From NCBI GenBank assembly GCA_013265495.1, contig MU058584.1:2856508-2920507 (forward strand): DNA of 64,000 nucleotides, given 5' to 3'. This stretch comes from Vicugna vicugna. Lineage: Eukaryota. A program made the position numbers and the translations under genes. The notes below the pieces were generated by a model. The model saw only the letters and a program-made list of their open reading frames with translations. It was not told where the DNA came from and ran no database searches. This document shows, piece after piece, positions 24,190 through 36,260 of this stretch; the stretch's first letter is position 1; each line of letters opens with the position of its first letter.

Positions 24190-24340
24190 AGGTTTTTAAA
24201 TGAAGTAGCAACGATTCCAGCTGGACACGAGGAAGCACTTTTTAGCTGCCAGGGTGATAAACTATCGGAATGAGCAAATCAAAAGGAAGCACGCTGAGAA
24301 ATTCTCAAGAGGACAGGAGATAAGCATCTGCCTTTGATCG
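24190..24340 (+). mobile_element. CR1/L3 LINE 3' relic
   Basis: 'ttccagctggacacgaggaagcacttt...agggtgataaactatcggaatg...ttctcaagaggacaggagataagcatctg' parallels the CR1 ORF2 end. Confidence 0.5.
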
Positions 24341-26724
24341 CTGGAGGGTCACCTGCCCCAAATCAGGCTGCTGCAGCAAATAATCTCTCTGTTTCACCCA
24401 GCTCTGTTAGAATTCAGTGATGACTCCAAGAGAATTCTCTAAGACTCTGGCCAAAAAAACTGCTGTTAGTAGGTCCTGCATCAGTGATCTTAGAATTTGT
24501 TTGAAACAGCCTCTTAAAACCATCTTTGCCCTCTGGGTTTTTTTTTTTTTTTTAAAGGCCTTCCTATTAAACGCCTTTGTAAGGGGCCAGAGCAGAATCT
24601 AGACTGCCTGAATCTCAGGCTTTGGGAGTTTTTTCTTTCTTTTTTTTTTTTTTTTTAACCAGAGGTGACATGCTGAGGGATTAGAATCTTGGCAGTAACC
24701 GCAGGTCCAGGCAAGCGAAAGGTCAAGTGCAGGGCGAAGTTAGCTGACAGGCACCATAGATATCCGCAGGCAGGGTCCTGAAGATCAAAGCGGCATTACC
24801 AAGCACAGCTGAACTCTGACCTTAGCGCCAAAGGCCATTTGCCTCCTAACCTTTTTACATAATCTAAATACAGGTCACCTGAAGTTCAGGAGACACGTCA
24901 GAAGCAGGACAAGGTCAGAGGCTTGACAGCAGTCAGGCTAGAGATGCCCAGATGACCTTGAAGGGAGGGGTCACTGTTCATCTCCCCTTGCCCCTGGGGG
25001 CCAAATAAACACTCCAAAGTCACCCTGGGTGCACCCAGGAAGAAAGCTGGCAGTATTTAGGGGGCACCCACCCACAGTCATGAGAGACCCTTGTGTATAC
25101 AGGAAAGGAGATAACACCAAACAAAGGTTCCCGTGTCTTTCGTATATCTCTTCAAAAGGCAACTCTCCAAGGTCCCTAAGCAAGCGTCAGCAGCGACCTC
25201 AGTCCCTTGCCCCTGCTCCTCCCTCTGGGGCCCAGCTCAGCCTCCAGGTCCCAGTGAGGTTGAACAGTAAGATACCCACTCCTGGGGCATCTACCTCCCG
25301 TGATACTGGTCCCCACTTCTAAAACTAGCTTTAGCCAACCAACCTACCCTTTGAAACTGTACTCTTGCTCTGTTGAGAATGTATCTCCACAGTTGCCAAA
25401 CATAAGAACGACAGAGCCTGACACCTTAGCTAAATGTCACTTACTGAAAGTCAGGACCAAAAGTGTGTCCATCGTGACAGAGTCAGAGGAGCATGTTAAC
25501 ATCTCAGGCTTCCCTGTGTGCTCCCACCCTTGCCTCCTCCTGGGCTTTTGGTTAACTTTTGGTGTTCAAAGATTTTTGGCACCCGTCCTGGATGTTAGCA
25601 AAACAAGGCCAACCTAACAAGAAACCCCAGATGCTAAATCCATTTGTTTCCAGTGCCCCCAAAAGATGTGGGGGGAACTCACATGAAAACAGGAACCTGC
25701 TCCAAGGAGTCGTGAAGTTTAATTCATCTCACTGGACTCGAGGCCTCGTCCTGAAACCCCACATCCTGCCGGCGTCACTCAGCTTGAAGCCAGAAGTGAG
25801 CAGAGAGTTTAGACCTGATGAATTTTCCTTCCTTCGCAGGCTGTGCTGCCTGGGATTTCTGCTCAGAAAAAAAGCGGTCGGTTCTCTCTCCTTCCTCCCC
25901 ACCTAATCTCAGGAGATAATTGTTTCTGTATGAAGGAGGAGTGTGCAGGCGTGCACGTACGTGCACACACGCACAAAAAGCACACGAGTCACAATACTCA
26001 GGCTAGAATTCGGCAGGTCGTCAATTCCTTCTCTTTCAAACAACTGAGCCACTTTCAAGAGATTCCCAAGGCTGACTCCCCAACCTCCAGATAAATGGTG
26101 GCCCTATTTATTTATCTCTCCTCGCTCATTTGAATCTCCACAAAATCTCTGTCTCCTTGAGGGCGAGGATTTTACCCCCTGTTATTTGGGGATCCCAGCC
26201 ACCTAGGCCTGTGTCTGCACACAATAGGCATCCAATAAATGTATACTTGCATGAATTAAAATCTCTCCCTTATTCTGGAGACCATCCCTAGCTGCAAGAA
26301 AAGGTCTCTTTCCTCTCCTAAATGTCATCAGGGTCACCTTTCCCCCTCCCAATGACCAAGTCACATCTCTACATCTAGGAAAAAAAAAAAGGAAATTTCC
26401 AAAATTCCTAGCCACATAGTACCTAGTGTTAACATCAAAGCCAAATTCTCTCTTTTCTTTTGCTTTCTATTCATCTTTAATAATTATAAACATTTTATTT
26501 TATGATCTTTGTGTATGATGCTGTCTTTACTCTTTGTAGTCCTTCTATGTATTTTGCCTACCAGCTTTTCCTCCTGGTGAATAGTTGCCTTGTGACTTGT
26601 GTTAGTGAGATTATTTTATTCTATTTCTAAACTATTTTATTGACTGAAAGATGCCTGAAGTTATGTAGTGCTTTACAATTTTCAGAAGTTTCACACATAT
26701 GATTTCACATAATCCCGTAATAAC

Positions 26725-26815
26725 CCTTTTTCAATCCCCTACGCCTGTATTGCCTCCTCTTCCCTTGCCCCACTGGTAACCACTAGTTTGTTCTTTATTT
26801 ATGTCTGTGAGTCTA
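26725..26815 (-). mobile_element. L1 3' UTR fragment
   Basis: 'ccccactggtaaccactagtttgttct...tgtctgtgagtct'. Confidence 0.7.
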
Positions 26816-27094
26816 AAGCCAAATTCTTATTTAGCGCTGTTATCCCACAGGAAGTTGCTTCTCTTTAGTGTGGTTTTACCACAAATTAAAAGCATAGTCC
26901 AACATGTAAGTTCACACAGGACCTTTAAGAAACGGATTCTAGGCGGTGATCTGAACACCGGCGCACTGATGCTTGTCTCCGTGACCTTCTGACAGGTGGG
27001 AATGTTTACTGTGTTTGGGGCCAGCTGACTCGAGCACAGGATCCTTTGCTGTTTCTCCATGGCTGCTCTGGCCCCTGATGCAAGAAGCCAGCCT

Positions 27095-27185
27095 CCAATA
27101 TCCTAGAACAGCGCCTGGCACTTGGTAGCCATTTAGTAAGTGTTTCTTGATTTAATAGAATGAATAAATATATGAGTGAATGAAT
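27095..27185 (+). mobile_element. L2 3' terminus
   Basis: 'cctagaacagcgcctggcacttggtag...gaatgaataaa...gaatgaatg'; a similar terminus lies at ~26130-26255. Confidence 0.75.
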
Positions 27186-27997
27186 GTTGAAATTTTCGAT
27201 GCTGCTGCAGAAGCTCCAGCACTGGTGAGCCCTGCGGGCTGAGTTCCAAGAGGCTGAGGCGCCACTTGCCTTACTATTGGGGCACCAGCTTCCCAAGCTG
27301 GAAATCGGGGCGCCTCGTCACTTCCCACCACCATGGATCCATTCTGAAAATGTAGGTTCTGTCCCTTGCATCTCCTCACTCCCAGTTTCTGTGTCACTTA
27401 GGACTCTTGGCTGCATGAGACAGGAACTCCACCAGAATTAGCTCATATGGTAAGGGTCGCTGTGAGACTTGCTGCATCCTTCTGGAGGAGTTTACTGCCT
27501 CTGTCAGGCAGCCCTCCCAGTACAGCTAGTGGGACCAGCCCCTGCAGGCCTGGGAAGGATGCTGGCTTCTCCTGTTACCAGCCAGCCCAAAGAGACTGCT
27601 CCTTCCCGAGTTGCTTCCCCTACACCCAGTCAGCGTCATGATAAACTATCCTTTTATGAAGTCCGACTTGGTTATCCAGTCTGAGTGTGCCAGCTCTTTC
27701 CTGCTGGGACCCAGACACGTACATCCACCTCCAACTCCTTTCTGATCCGATTGAACAAACAAAAAGTGCCCAAAGGGTGTGTTTAATCAGTTTCCTTGCA
27801 TATAGCAGTTGCTCAATAAATATTTATTGGTTAAATCATAAAATCATCTCATTAATAATAAAACTAACTTCCATCTTTCCCAATTATAGGTAAGTAGACA
27901 AGCTCCCCTGAACTGCAAACGTTTAGGTTAGAAGATGCAAAATTTTAAGACATAAGAATTTCATTTCAAGTAGACACATCATCCCTTTCTTACTAGA

Positions 27998-28188
27998 TCC
28001 ATCGTTCTCAACCTTGGCTGCATAACAAAAAACTATTATACCTGGAGTACTTTTATAGTATTCCCTGGACCCATTCCCTACCCTCCAAATTCTGATTTAA
28101 TTAGTCTGGAGTGGATCCCAGGCACCGGCAATTTTTTAAAGCTCCCCATGTGGTTCTAAAGGGCATCTAGGGTTGCAAGTCACTGTTC
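27998..28188. mobile_element. MER5B-like hAT element
   Basis: 'ttctcaaccttggctgca...ttctgatttaattagtctggagtgg..ccaggca...aaagctcccca...agggttg...cactg'. Confidence 0.8.
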
Positions 28189-28350
28189 TTGGCAGCGCCC
28201 ACCTTCTTCTTCACAGGGGTGGTAAATCTCTGCTTTAGCTATTATGAAGTTGCAAAGGTGAAGAAAAGAGTGTATGGACAATTGGAGGAAAAGATACCCA
28301 GCAAAAGTATTTCAAAATTATTTTCCCTTAAACGTAAGTGTGTTGAATAG

Positions 28351-29045
28351 TGCAGCCATTATGAAAAACAGTATGGAGATTCCTCAAAAAACTAAAAATA
28401 GACTTACCATTTGATCCAGCAATCCCACTCCTGGGCATATATCTGGAGGGAACTCTAATTCAAAGAGATACACTATTATATCATAGCCAAGATGTGGAAG
28501 CAACCTAAATGTCCATTGATAGATGACTGGATAAAAAAATCTTCAGTATATTTGTACAGTGGAATACTACTCAGAGATAAAAAAAGAGTAAAATAATGCC
28601 ACTTGCAGCAACATGGATGGACCTGGAGATTGTCATTCTAAGTGAAGTAAGCCAGAAAGAGAAAGAAAAATACCGTACGATATCACTTATATGTGGAATC
28701 TAAAAAAGAAAAAAGAAAAAAGAGGACACCAATGATCTCATCTACAAAACAGAAACAGACTTGAAGACATAGTAAACAATCTTATGGTTACCAGGGGAAA
28801 ATGGGTGGGAAGACATAAATTTGGGAGTTTGAGATTTGCAAATGATAACCACTATATATAAAAATAGATTTTTTTAAAAAAGCAAATTTCTGTAGAGCCC
28901 AGGGAACTATATTCAATATCTTATAATAACCTTTAATGAAAAAGAATATGAAAACCAACATATGCATGTATATGCATGACTGGGACATTGTGCTGTACAC
29001 CAGAAATTGGCGCATTGTAAACTGACTATACTTCAATTAAAAAAA
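28351..29045 (+). mobile_element. L1 3' end, camelid type, with TSD
   Basis: ORF2-end and 3' UTR motifs; TSD aagtgtgttgaatag (28336-28350) / aaatgtgttgagtag (29043-29057). Confidence 0.92.
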
Positions 29046-29139
29046 TGTGTTGAGTAGATAAAATGAGATGAGATGGCTATAGCACTAAGGCCACAGTGAA
29101 AAAATTCAGAGTTCAGAGCCCTCTTTAATAATCAGGTGC

Positions 29140-29320
29140 TGTAGTTCTCAGCCCAAGCTGTTCACAAGACTCAGCTGAGGAGCATTTGAAAATGTTCATG
29201 CTTTGGCCCCACCTCAGACTAATTATATCAGAATCTCTGGTGTGGGGCCCAAATGACACTACATTTTTTTTTTAAATCCCCAGGGTGAGTCTGATGTGGC
29301 CAGGACTGAAGACCACTAGT
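29140..29320. mobile_element. MER5-family element
   Basis: 'ggccccacctcagact...tcagaatctctggtgtggggccc...ccccagggtgagtctgatgtg'. Confidence 0.75.
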
Positions 29321-30104
29321 CTAGACAAGGCGATTTCTTTAGATGCTTTGAAATTTACCACATAGGTTGTCCCATTTTTTAACACAAGAAGAAATTCACA
29401 TTTTTTGTAGAGACCAGAACACCGTGAAGCCTTGTCTATGAAATGTGATTAGATGGTATTGTTGGTAAGCCTGGTTATGAATTTCATCGCAATGTGGCAA
29501 GTACGGTGGGCTGGACAAAAAAATAGTACATTTCCCTGGCTGGCTGCTGACGTCCAGCAAAGTCATGTAGTCAGTAACCAGATGTCTTGTAGGGTAACAA
29601 TGGCACATGTGTCTGGATGTGCCCTTGGCCAGAAATGACAGCTCTCTTGGACACACATGGCCCCAGATGAAGTGAGTGCGGTGGAAAATATTTCTTGGGT
29701 AGATAAGTATCCCCCACAAGAGGTTTGTGGAGAATGTTTCCTGTTAACAAAGGGAATTGAAGGCGTTTCAGGGTTTCTGGAGGAGATGCTGGGCCAGCAA
29801 TGGAGAAACAGTCAGGGAGCCGGTGTTTGACTCACTGGACCCACGATCACATAGAAAAGCATCAGTGCATTGGTGAATCAATTACTGTTTGCCTTAAAAT
29901 GCAATCCATTCCTTAAAGATACTTCATAAACTTATATCTTGAAGCGTGCTTTTAATTTATGGTGAAACCACCATAAAGAGAAGAAGCTTAATGTGATATA
30001 TGAGGGCTAAACGAAAGTCTGGTTTTGACACAAACTAGCAAGTGATTTGGACAAGACAGTCCTTCTTTCTGGGCCTCAGATTCCATATGTAAAATTTATC
30101 TAGC

Positions 30105-30283
30105 TTGGCGGTTCATAACCTCGGCTGCACAGCAGAAAGCTCAGGGAGGGGTTAAACCATCCCCACGTCAGGGTGGCTGTCCTTGACATTCTGATTTAAT
30201 TGGTCTGGAATGGGCTCCAGGCATCAGTAGTTCTATAAGATCCTCAAGTGATCCCAGTGTGGGACCAAGTTGAGAACCACCAC
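30105..30283. mobile_element. MER5B-like element
   Basis: 'ggttcataacctcggctgcac...attctgatttaattggtctgg...ccaggcatcagta...gttgagaaccac'. Confidence 0.8.
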
Positions 30284-31979
30284 GATGGATGATCCCAGTG
30301 ATTCCCTTTTAGCTCCAGGCACCCCTTGGGCTTAAGAGGCCCCGCTTCCGGGACTGTGTGAGCTATTAGAAGAGGTAAGTAATCAGTGATTGATACATTT
30401 CAGAGGCGCACTCAAAGCGGGCTACGTTGCCTCATGGGCCACCATGTCTTTTCAAAAAATGAATATATCTAACAATCAAGCAAAAAATCTAAAACAGCTT
30501 CCAAAATAGATCCCTGCCTCTGACATTTTTTACGGGCCCGAGAAGTCGTCCAATGGTCCTCCCCACAGTGCAGCCTCGGTGCCCATAAAGAACTGCCAAT
30601 TGCACACGTGGTGTTTTCAGTGTGCCGCTGGAAGTTTCCTTGATTCCATTTCCACCCTCCCCAGGGTCCTTTAGGCATTTGGGCTGTGGACCCACATACA
30701 TTTTCACAGTTGGCCTTAAAGAGCTGATTTCTTTTGCAGTTTGGATTTATTGCCAGGTGCCCCCGACCCAAGTCCAATTTCCCACGGGCTGGCTGAACCA
30801 CCAGCATGAAAGGACATTGATAAAATTCCAGAGCTGAGCTTCTCCAGCCATGTTATGTCAGGAGAACCAAGGCCATCTCAGCGTCCCAGGGTCACTGCAC
30901 TCCTGCATCCAGGAAGCCCACGATGGATGGCTCTGGCGTTTAATTTCAACACTCTCCACTCCCTGATTCCAGCCGTGGAGAACAAACCAAAGTGAAGGAA
31001 AAAATAAAGGGAGCACTCATTCAAGGCCAGTTTTCAAAAAAGCAAGTAGTTAAATAGAAGTTCTGAATGAAATCAAATTTTTGGAGACACTGATAAACTA
31101 TAGAATTAAAACCAGGATAAATGAAGTTATGTCTAGACCCTCTGGGCAATGAATCTCCAGGTTTGTACACTGAACTGTCCAGTTAATGGCTCCGACCTGC
31201 CTCTCCTTTTGGCTATGGTGACATAGCTTCTTGATATTAAAACTTATAAAAAATTGCTTTCCCACCTGAAGGCTGAAATGACAATGGAAAACCACCTTGG
31301 CAAACAACTTGATCTTTGGCTACAGGGATTAGATTGATTTTGATGGAATAAATTTTATAGCCTAGAGAATTGTGTGCCTTCCAGTTGCTCCAGCTTTGTA
31401 AAACTGCAGTTTCCACCAAGACTTTGTACATGTGCATGGAAGAGGACAGCCACCCAGGTCTTTAAGTTGGACTCTCCTAGACTTTCTGCTTGCCCATGTA
31501 TGCCTCATTGTCAAGATAAAAATTCAACTTAATAAGACTATTTCTTGGGTTTTGTCATTATCCATCATTAAATTGGTCTAGATCCTTTGTACCAGAAGTA
31601 GAAACAAGATAAGATGGAGGCAGAGTACCTGGGGAAAGGTTAGGAACAAGTTGAAATGTGTCCCCCTAAGCAGGTCAGTGAGTGTCCCTGCTATCAAGCT
31701 ACGATGCCAGCTGTCACCCACTATATCCTTGGCCTGGCCCCACCCCTCCTCTGCCCAGGGAAACTATCCAAAGGAATCGCCAACCCTACAGAACAGTGAG
31801 CAAGTATTACTTCCAGGACAGGCCCACCCCCGCCCCGGAACGCAAGATGTGAAACACCCCTTAGAAGCACGGAGGCCAGGAATGGGCGCGAGGTCACATT
31901 TGGGGAACAGAGGCTGGTGATTTTTACAAACCAGATTAGCATGTTGGGTGCTTTTGGCACTGTCTGACCATGCAGCTCA

Positions 31980-32170
31980 CTGGTGAAGAGTGTGGGGTTT
32001 GATGTAAGACTAACGTTGGTTCGGTTCCCAGGTCCTCTGCCCTCTCACTTGAACAGGTGCTGCAACTTTCTGATCCTCAGTTTCTTCCTCTGTAAGATGG
32101 GGAAGATCTACTTACTTTATAGGATTATTGTGAGAACTATGGCAATGTGAATGCTAACACACAGGGGGTA
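31980..32170 (+). mobile_element. MIR SINE
   Basis: 'tctgatcctcagtttcttcctctgtaagatgggga...ataggattattgtgaga'. Confidence 0.8.
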
Positions 32171-32183
32171 CTTGAGAAGTTAC

Positions 32184-32918
32184 ATTTTTTTAATTGAAGC
32201 GTAGTTGGTCTATGTTTTAGGTGTATAGCAAAGTGATTCAGTTCTATATATGTATATAGAACATATATAAAATATATAGAATATATATAAAATACCTATT
32301 CATTTTCATATTATTTTCCACTGCAGGTTATTATAAGACACTGAATATAGTTCCCTGTATTATATAGAAGGTCCTTGTTGCTTATCTATTTTATATATAG
32401 TAGTGTGTGTCTGTTAACCCCAAACTCCTAATTTATCCTACCCTCCCCCCCTTTGGCAACCATAAGTTTGTTTTCTATGTCTGTGAGTCTGTCTCTGTTT
32501 TGTAAATAAGTTCATTTGTGTCATTTTGTTTTAGATTCCACATGTAAGTGATATCATATGATATTTATCTTTCTCTGTCTGATTTACTTCACTTAGTATA
32601 ATAATCTCTAGGTTCATCCATGTTGCTGCAAATGGAATTATTTCATTCTTTTTTGTGGCTGAGTAATATATCACTATATATACACCACATCTTCTTCATC
32701 CAGTCGCCTGCTGATAGACATTTAGGTTGCTTCCATGTCTTGTACATAGTGCGGCTATGAACACTGGGATGCAAGTATCTTTTTGAATTAGAGTTTTCAT
32801 CTTTTCTGGATATATGCCCAGGAGTGGGATTGCTGGATCATATGGAGACTCTATTTTTAGTTTTTTAAGGAACTTCCATACTGTTCTCCATAGTGGCTGC
32901 ACCAATTTACATTCCCAT
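32184..32918 (-). mobile_element. L1 3' end, cetartiodactyl/camelid type
   Basis: polyT followed by antisense 3' UTR; the minus-strand translation includes the L1 ORF2 motif [37 protein letters not shown]. Confidence 0.95.
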
Positions 32919-33834
32919 ATAGTTATTTTTATTATCATTTATAGTTACCCAGAAAAATGCCACCATTATCGAATCTCTCCCTCTAATAGAAATTTTCTCG
33001 GAGCCCGATTTTGTAGTCTGGCTTTAGCTTTTCACTAAGTGATTTTCACACTAAAATTGTACACTGAAACGGGCTGTGTGGCACAAAGCAGAGACATCCG
33101 CTAGGGCTAACATGGAAATTGTCTGGGAAACGAGCAGGAGACACAGCCTTGAATGGCACTTAAGCCTGATTGACACTTCCTAAAGCAAGGCCAGTGTGAC
33201 TCTAGGCTAAACATCCATTGCCTTAGGAGTTATACTGGACTTGTGATCAGCACATTGATTCCTAATACAGAAGAGCCTCCAACATGTTAAGGTTAGATTG
33301 ATGAAGGTTATATTCAAGTATTTTAAAGCTTTAAAAAAAAAATTCAGTTGATATGTCTGAGCCTCATAAGCCCTTGCTGCCTGGATGAAATAAAGACGAA
33401 CTCCAGTTCCTGGCCAAATTAATGCTTATCTTCCTTGCAAAATGGGGATAGTAAGCTCACATTCTTAAAGGACTGAGATGAGGATGAAGATTGATGAGAC
33501 CTGGAAAGCATTTAGCAGAGCCCTCAGTACAGAATAAATGCTCCCAATCAAGGTTAAATGCTATCGTAGTGGCTGTGGCTTTGTTCCTGCTGCTAGTCAG
33601 TCAGTCAACGGACTGTCCACCATAACTGTACTGGACACAGTGACTTCAGAGAAGACACTAGAGGTCCCATCCTTCAAGACACTCAAAGACTCCACGGAGA
33701 GATGGACGTGTAAATGCGTTCTCTTACAAAGTGGCAACTTCTCTAAGATCTGGACAAAGGGCTATGGGCACCCAGAGGGGAGCCAAGGGAGGCTTCAGAG
33801 AGGAGGTGATCTCTTACAGGTTTAGAGGAGATTG

Positions 33835-34094
33835 GGAGGGTGGAGCCCTCACAATGGGATTACTGGCCTTCTAAGAAGAGGACGAGGTCCCAGAGCAGTC
33901 TCTCTTTCTACCATGTGAAGACACAGCAAGAAGGCAGCCGTCTGTGAGCTAGGGAGAGAGCTCTGACCAGGAAGCAAATCTGCCTGCAGCTCGCCCTTGG
34001 ACTTACCAGTCTCCAGAAGTGTGAGAAGTAAAGCCTGCTGTTTAGCCACCGAGTAGATGGTATGCTGTTACCGCAGTTCGAGCAGACTGATCCA
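33835..34094 (+). mobile_element. MLT1A-like MaLR LTR (3' part)
   Basis: 'gagggtggagccctcacaatgggatta...ccatgtgaagacacagcaagaaggcagccgtctg...ccagtctccagaagtgtgaga'. Confidence 0.85.
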
Positions 34095-34873
34095 GAAGGC
34101 ATGGAGGTCTTGGAGGTACAGTGGGTGAGCTCTGGATTACTGAAGCAAAGGTCATCCAAGCAGGGTGAGGAGAAGGGGCTGGAAAGAGAGCTTGGGGCGG
34201 GGGGTGGACTAGGAAGGCTAGAAAGAGCAAGCCAAGGATTTGGAACTGCTCTTACAGACCTCCAGAACCCACAGATTTGGGTGGGGAAATGATGTGAATT
34301 GATGTTCTTTTCTATGAAGATAAATCTGGCGCCAGCGGGGGAAGATAGAAACTGGAGCTTAAAACCGCAGGAGGAGGGGCCTGTGGAGTGGAGCAAGGAA
34401 CAGCCATTCACAACTTGGTGGGGAGTAACAGCCCCATTCACTTCTCTGCACACTGGGCCTTCAGGGCAACGGCTGTGCTCAGAGCTGGTCAGCTGCCACC
34501 AGGCCCTTGTGGCCCTGCAGCCCATCTGGAGAGGAGACACCTTGAGGGGCGAGGAGCAGGATTTCAGTTTGCTCTTCTGTGCAGTGACTAAGCTGAAGAG
34601 AGCTGTAATATTTAAGAACAAAGCCAGAAATCAGAAGCCATCCTTTTCACCAGTAAGGAGGACTGTTCGTGTGTCCCAGAAACGCCCAGGACATGGACAT
34701 TCTGATGGCTAAGAAGAGAAGATGGTATGAGAGGGCTCCCCAGTCATGTTCCCAACCTCATGTTCAAGTCCACCACCCTGGTTTATGCATTTCGTTTTTC
34801 CTTCTGAAATGTGCTTGGGGAATTACGTTGGGCAGCTGAGCTTCAGAAAAAGAACTCAATTCAAGATAAAGAA

Positions 34874-34987
34874 CAGGATGGCCAACTGTCCTGGTTTGCC
34901 CAGGACAGATCTAGTCTTAGCACTGAAAGTCTGCATCCTGGGAAGCCCCGCAGTCCCCCAGGCAAACCAGGACAGTTGGCCACCCTA
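34874..34987. mobile_element. MER81-like hAT-Blackjack MITE, near full length
   Basis: Long terminal inverted repeats ggccaactgtcctggtttgcc / ggcaaaccaggacagttggcc around 'ttagcactgaaagtc'; a partial copy appears at ~15195-15262. Confidence 0.85.
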
Positions 34988-35194
34988 CAGAACTATGATA
35001 AAATGATGAAAAGACTGTGCTTTAGCATTTATGAATCTCAGAGCAAACAGATATGATTTTTACTGGGTGAAAAATGAGGTGACGAATTTTCCTCTATGTG
35101 ATTTTAGGCTGCCATACATGAGACCACGTGGAACACTCATTTCCTTTAATAAAGCCCAACATGTTGACCTGCGAAAGACAGGAGGCAGGAAACT

Positions 35195-35430
35195 AATAAA
35201 AATGATAATAATAACAACTCATATACTGGGCACTCACCACAGGCGAGCCCCTGTTCTAAAAGCTTTACGTAAATTAAATCACTTGATTCTCACAATAGTC
35301 TTATTATCATCCTCCACATTTTACAGATGAATAAATGGAGGCACAGAAATGACATGGAGACACATAAGAAGTGTATAACATGGAACTGGGATTGGAATCC
35401 AGGTTGCCTGGGTCCAAAGTCCATGCTTTC
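35195..35430 (-). mobile_element. MIR SINE
   Basis: 'attttacagatgaataaatggaggcacaga...ggattggaatccagg'. Confidence 0.8.
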
Positions 35431-35564
35431 AAATATTTCCTATAAGTACGCATATTTACTGAGTTCCTACCATGTGCCGATCATTGTGCCAAGTATGCTT
35501 TCCAGAAAGCATCTCGTTTAACCCTAACATTAACTGTAGTCTGTCTGGGTCTAGATAGGTTACT

Positions 35565-36260
35565 TCTTCATTCTTTCTTTTTCAACTAATATTTGTTGAG
35601 CTTATGCTTGTTCAAGAATTCTAACATTTTTACAGGTGAAGGAAGATGAGAGTTTAGACCAAAGTAGTGGCAGTGAATGTGGAAAATGGAAATGAGAGGT
35701 AGGATTCAAGAAAAATGTCTACAGTAAAAACATCAGAACGTGGGATTGATTGCACATGGTGAATGTGGGAAAAGAAATAGTTGGAGATGACTGAGATTTC
35801 TTTTCCCTGAATAACTGGATGGATGGTAATCCACCAATCAAAAGTAAGACTTACAAGGTCTACTTTGAAGAAGAAGATAATGAGTTCCTTTAGGAATGTG
35901 TTGTTTCAGCTATCAGGGAGCAGACAAGGAGATATGGCCAGAAAGTCCTGGAAACATACCTGGAGCTTGGTGGTAATGGTTGGGAGCCTGTCGCCTAGAC
36001 TTGGTGATTAAGGACACAGGTTATCAACGAGATTATCCAGAGAAGAGAACAAGACAAGTGACAGATCCCTAGGAACTGGTAATGTTTCAGGGAAGAGTAG
36101 AGGAGAGCCTGCCAAGGAGGCTGTGAAGACTCGAGGAGAGGTGGGAAGAGAACCAGGAAACAAGTGGTTGCCTGGAAACCAAGGGAGGAACAGGCGATGG
36201 CCAGTAGGGCCAGTGCTGCAGAGAAGACAAACAGGAAGAGGGCTGAACCAGATCGTTAGG
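35565..36260 (-). mobile_element. L2 fragments
   Basis: 'caactaatatttgttgagc', 'gtagtggcagtgaatgtggaaa', 'ataactggatggatggtaatccacc', 'gaagataatgagttc'. Confidence 0.7.

Noticed and set aside
33908..34621. Longest ORF (237 aa, minus strand)
   Set aside because: Runs into an MLT1A LTR, has low-complexity composition and shows no recognisable domain; likely a chance ORF.
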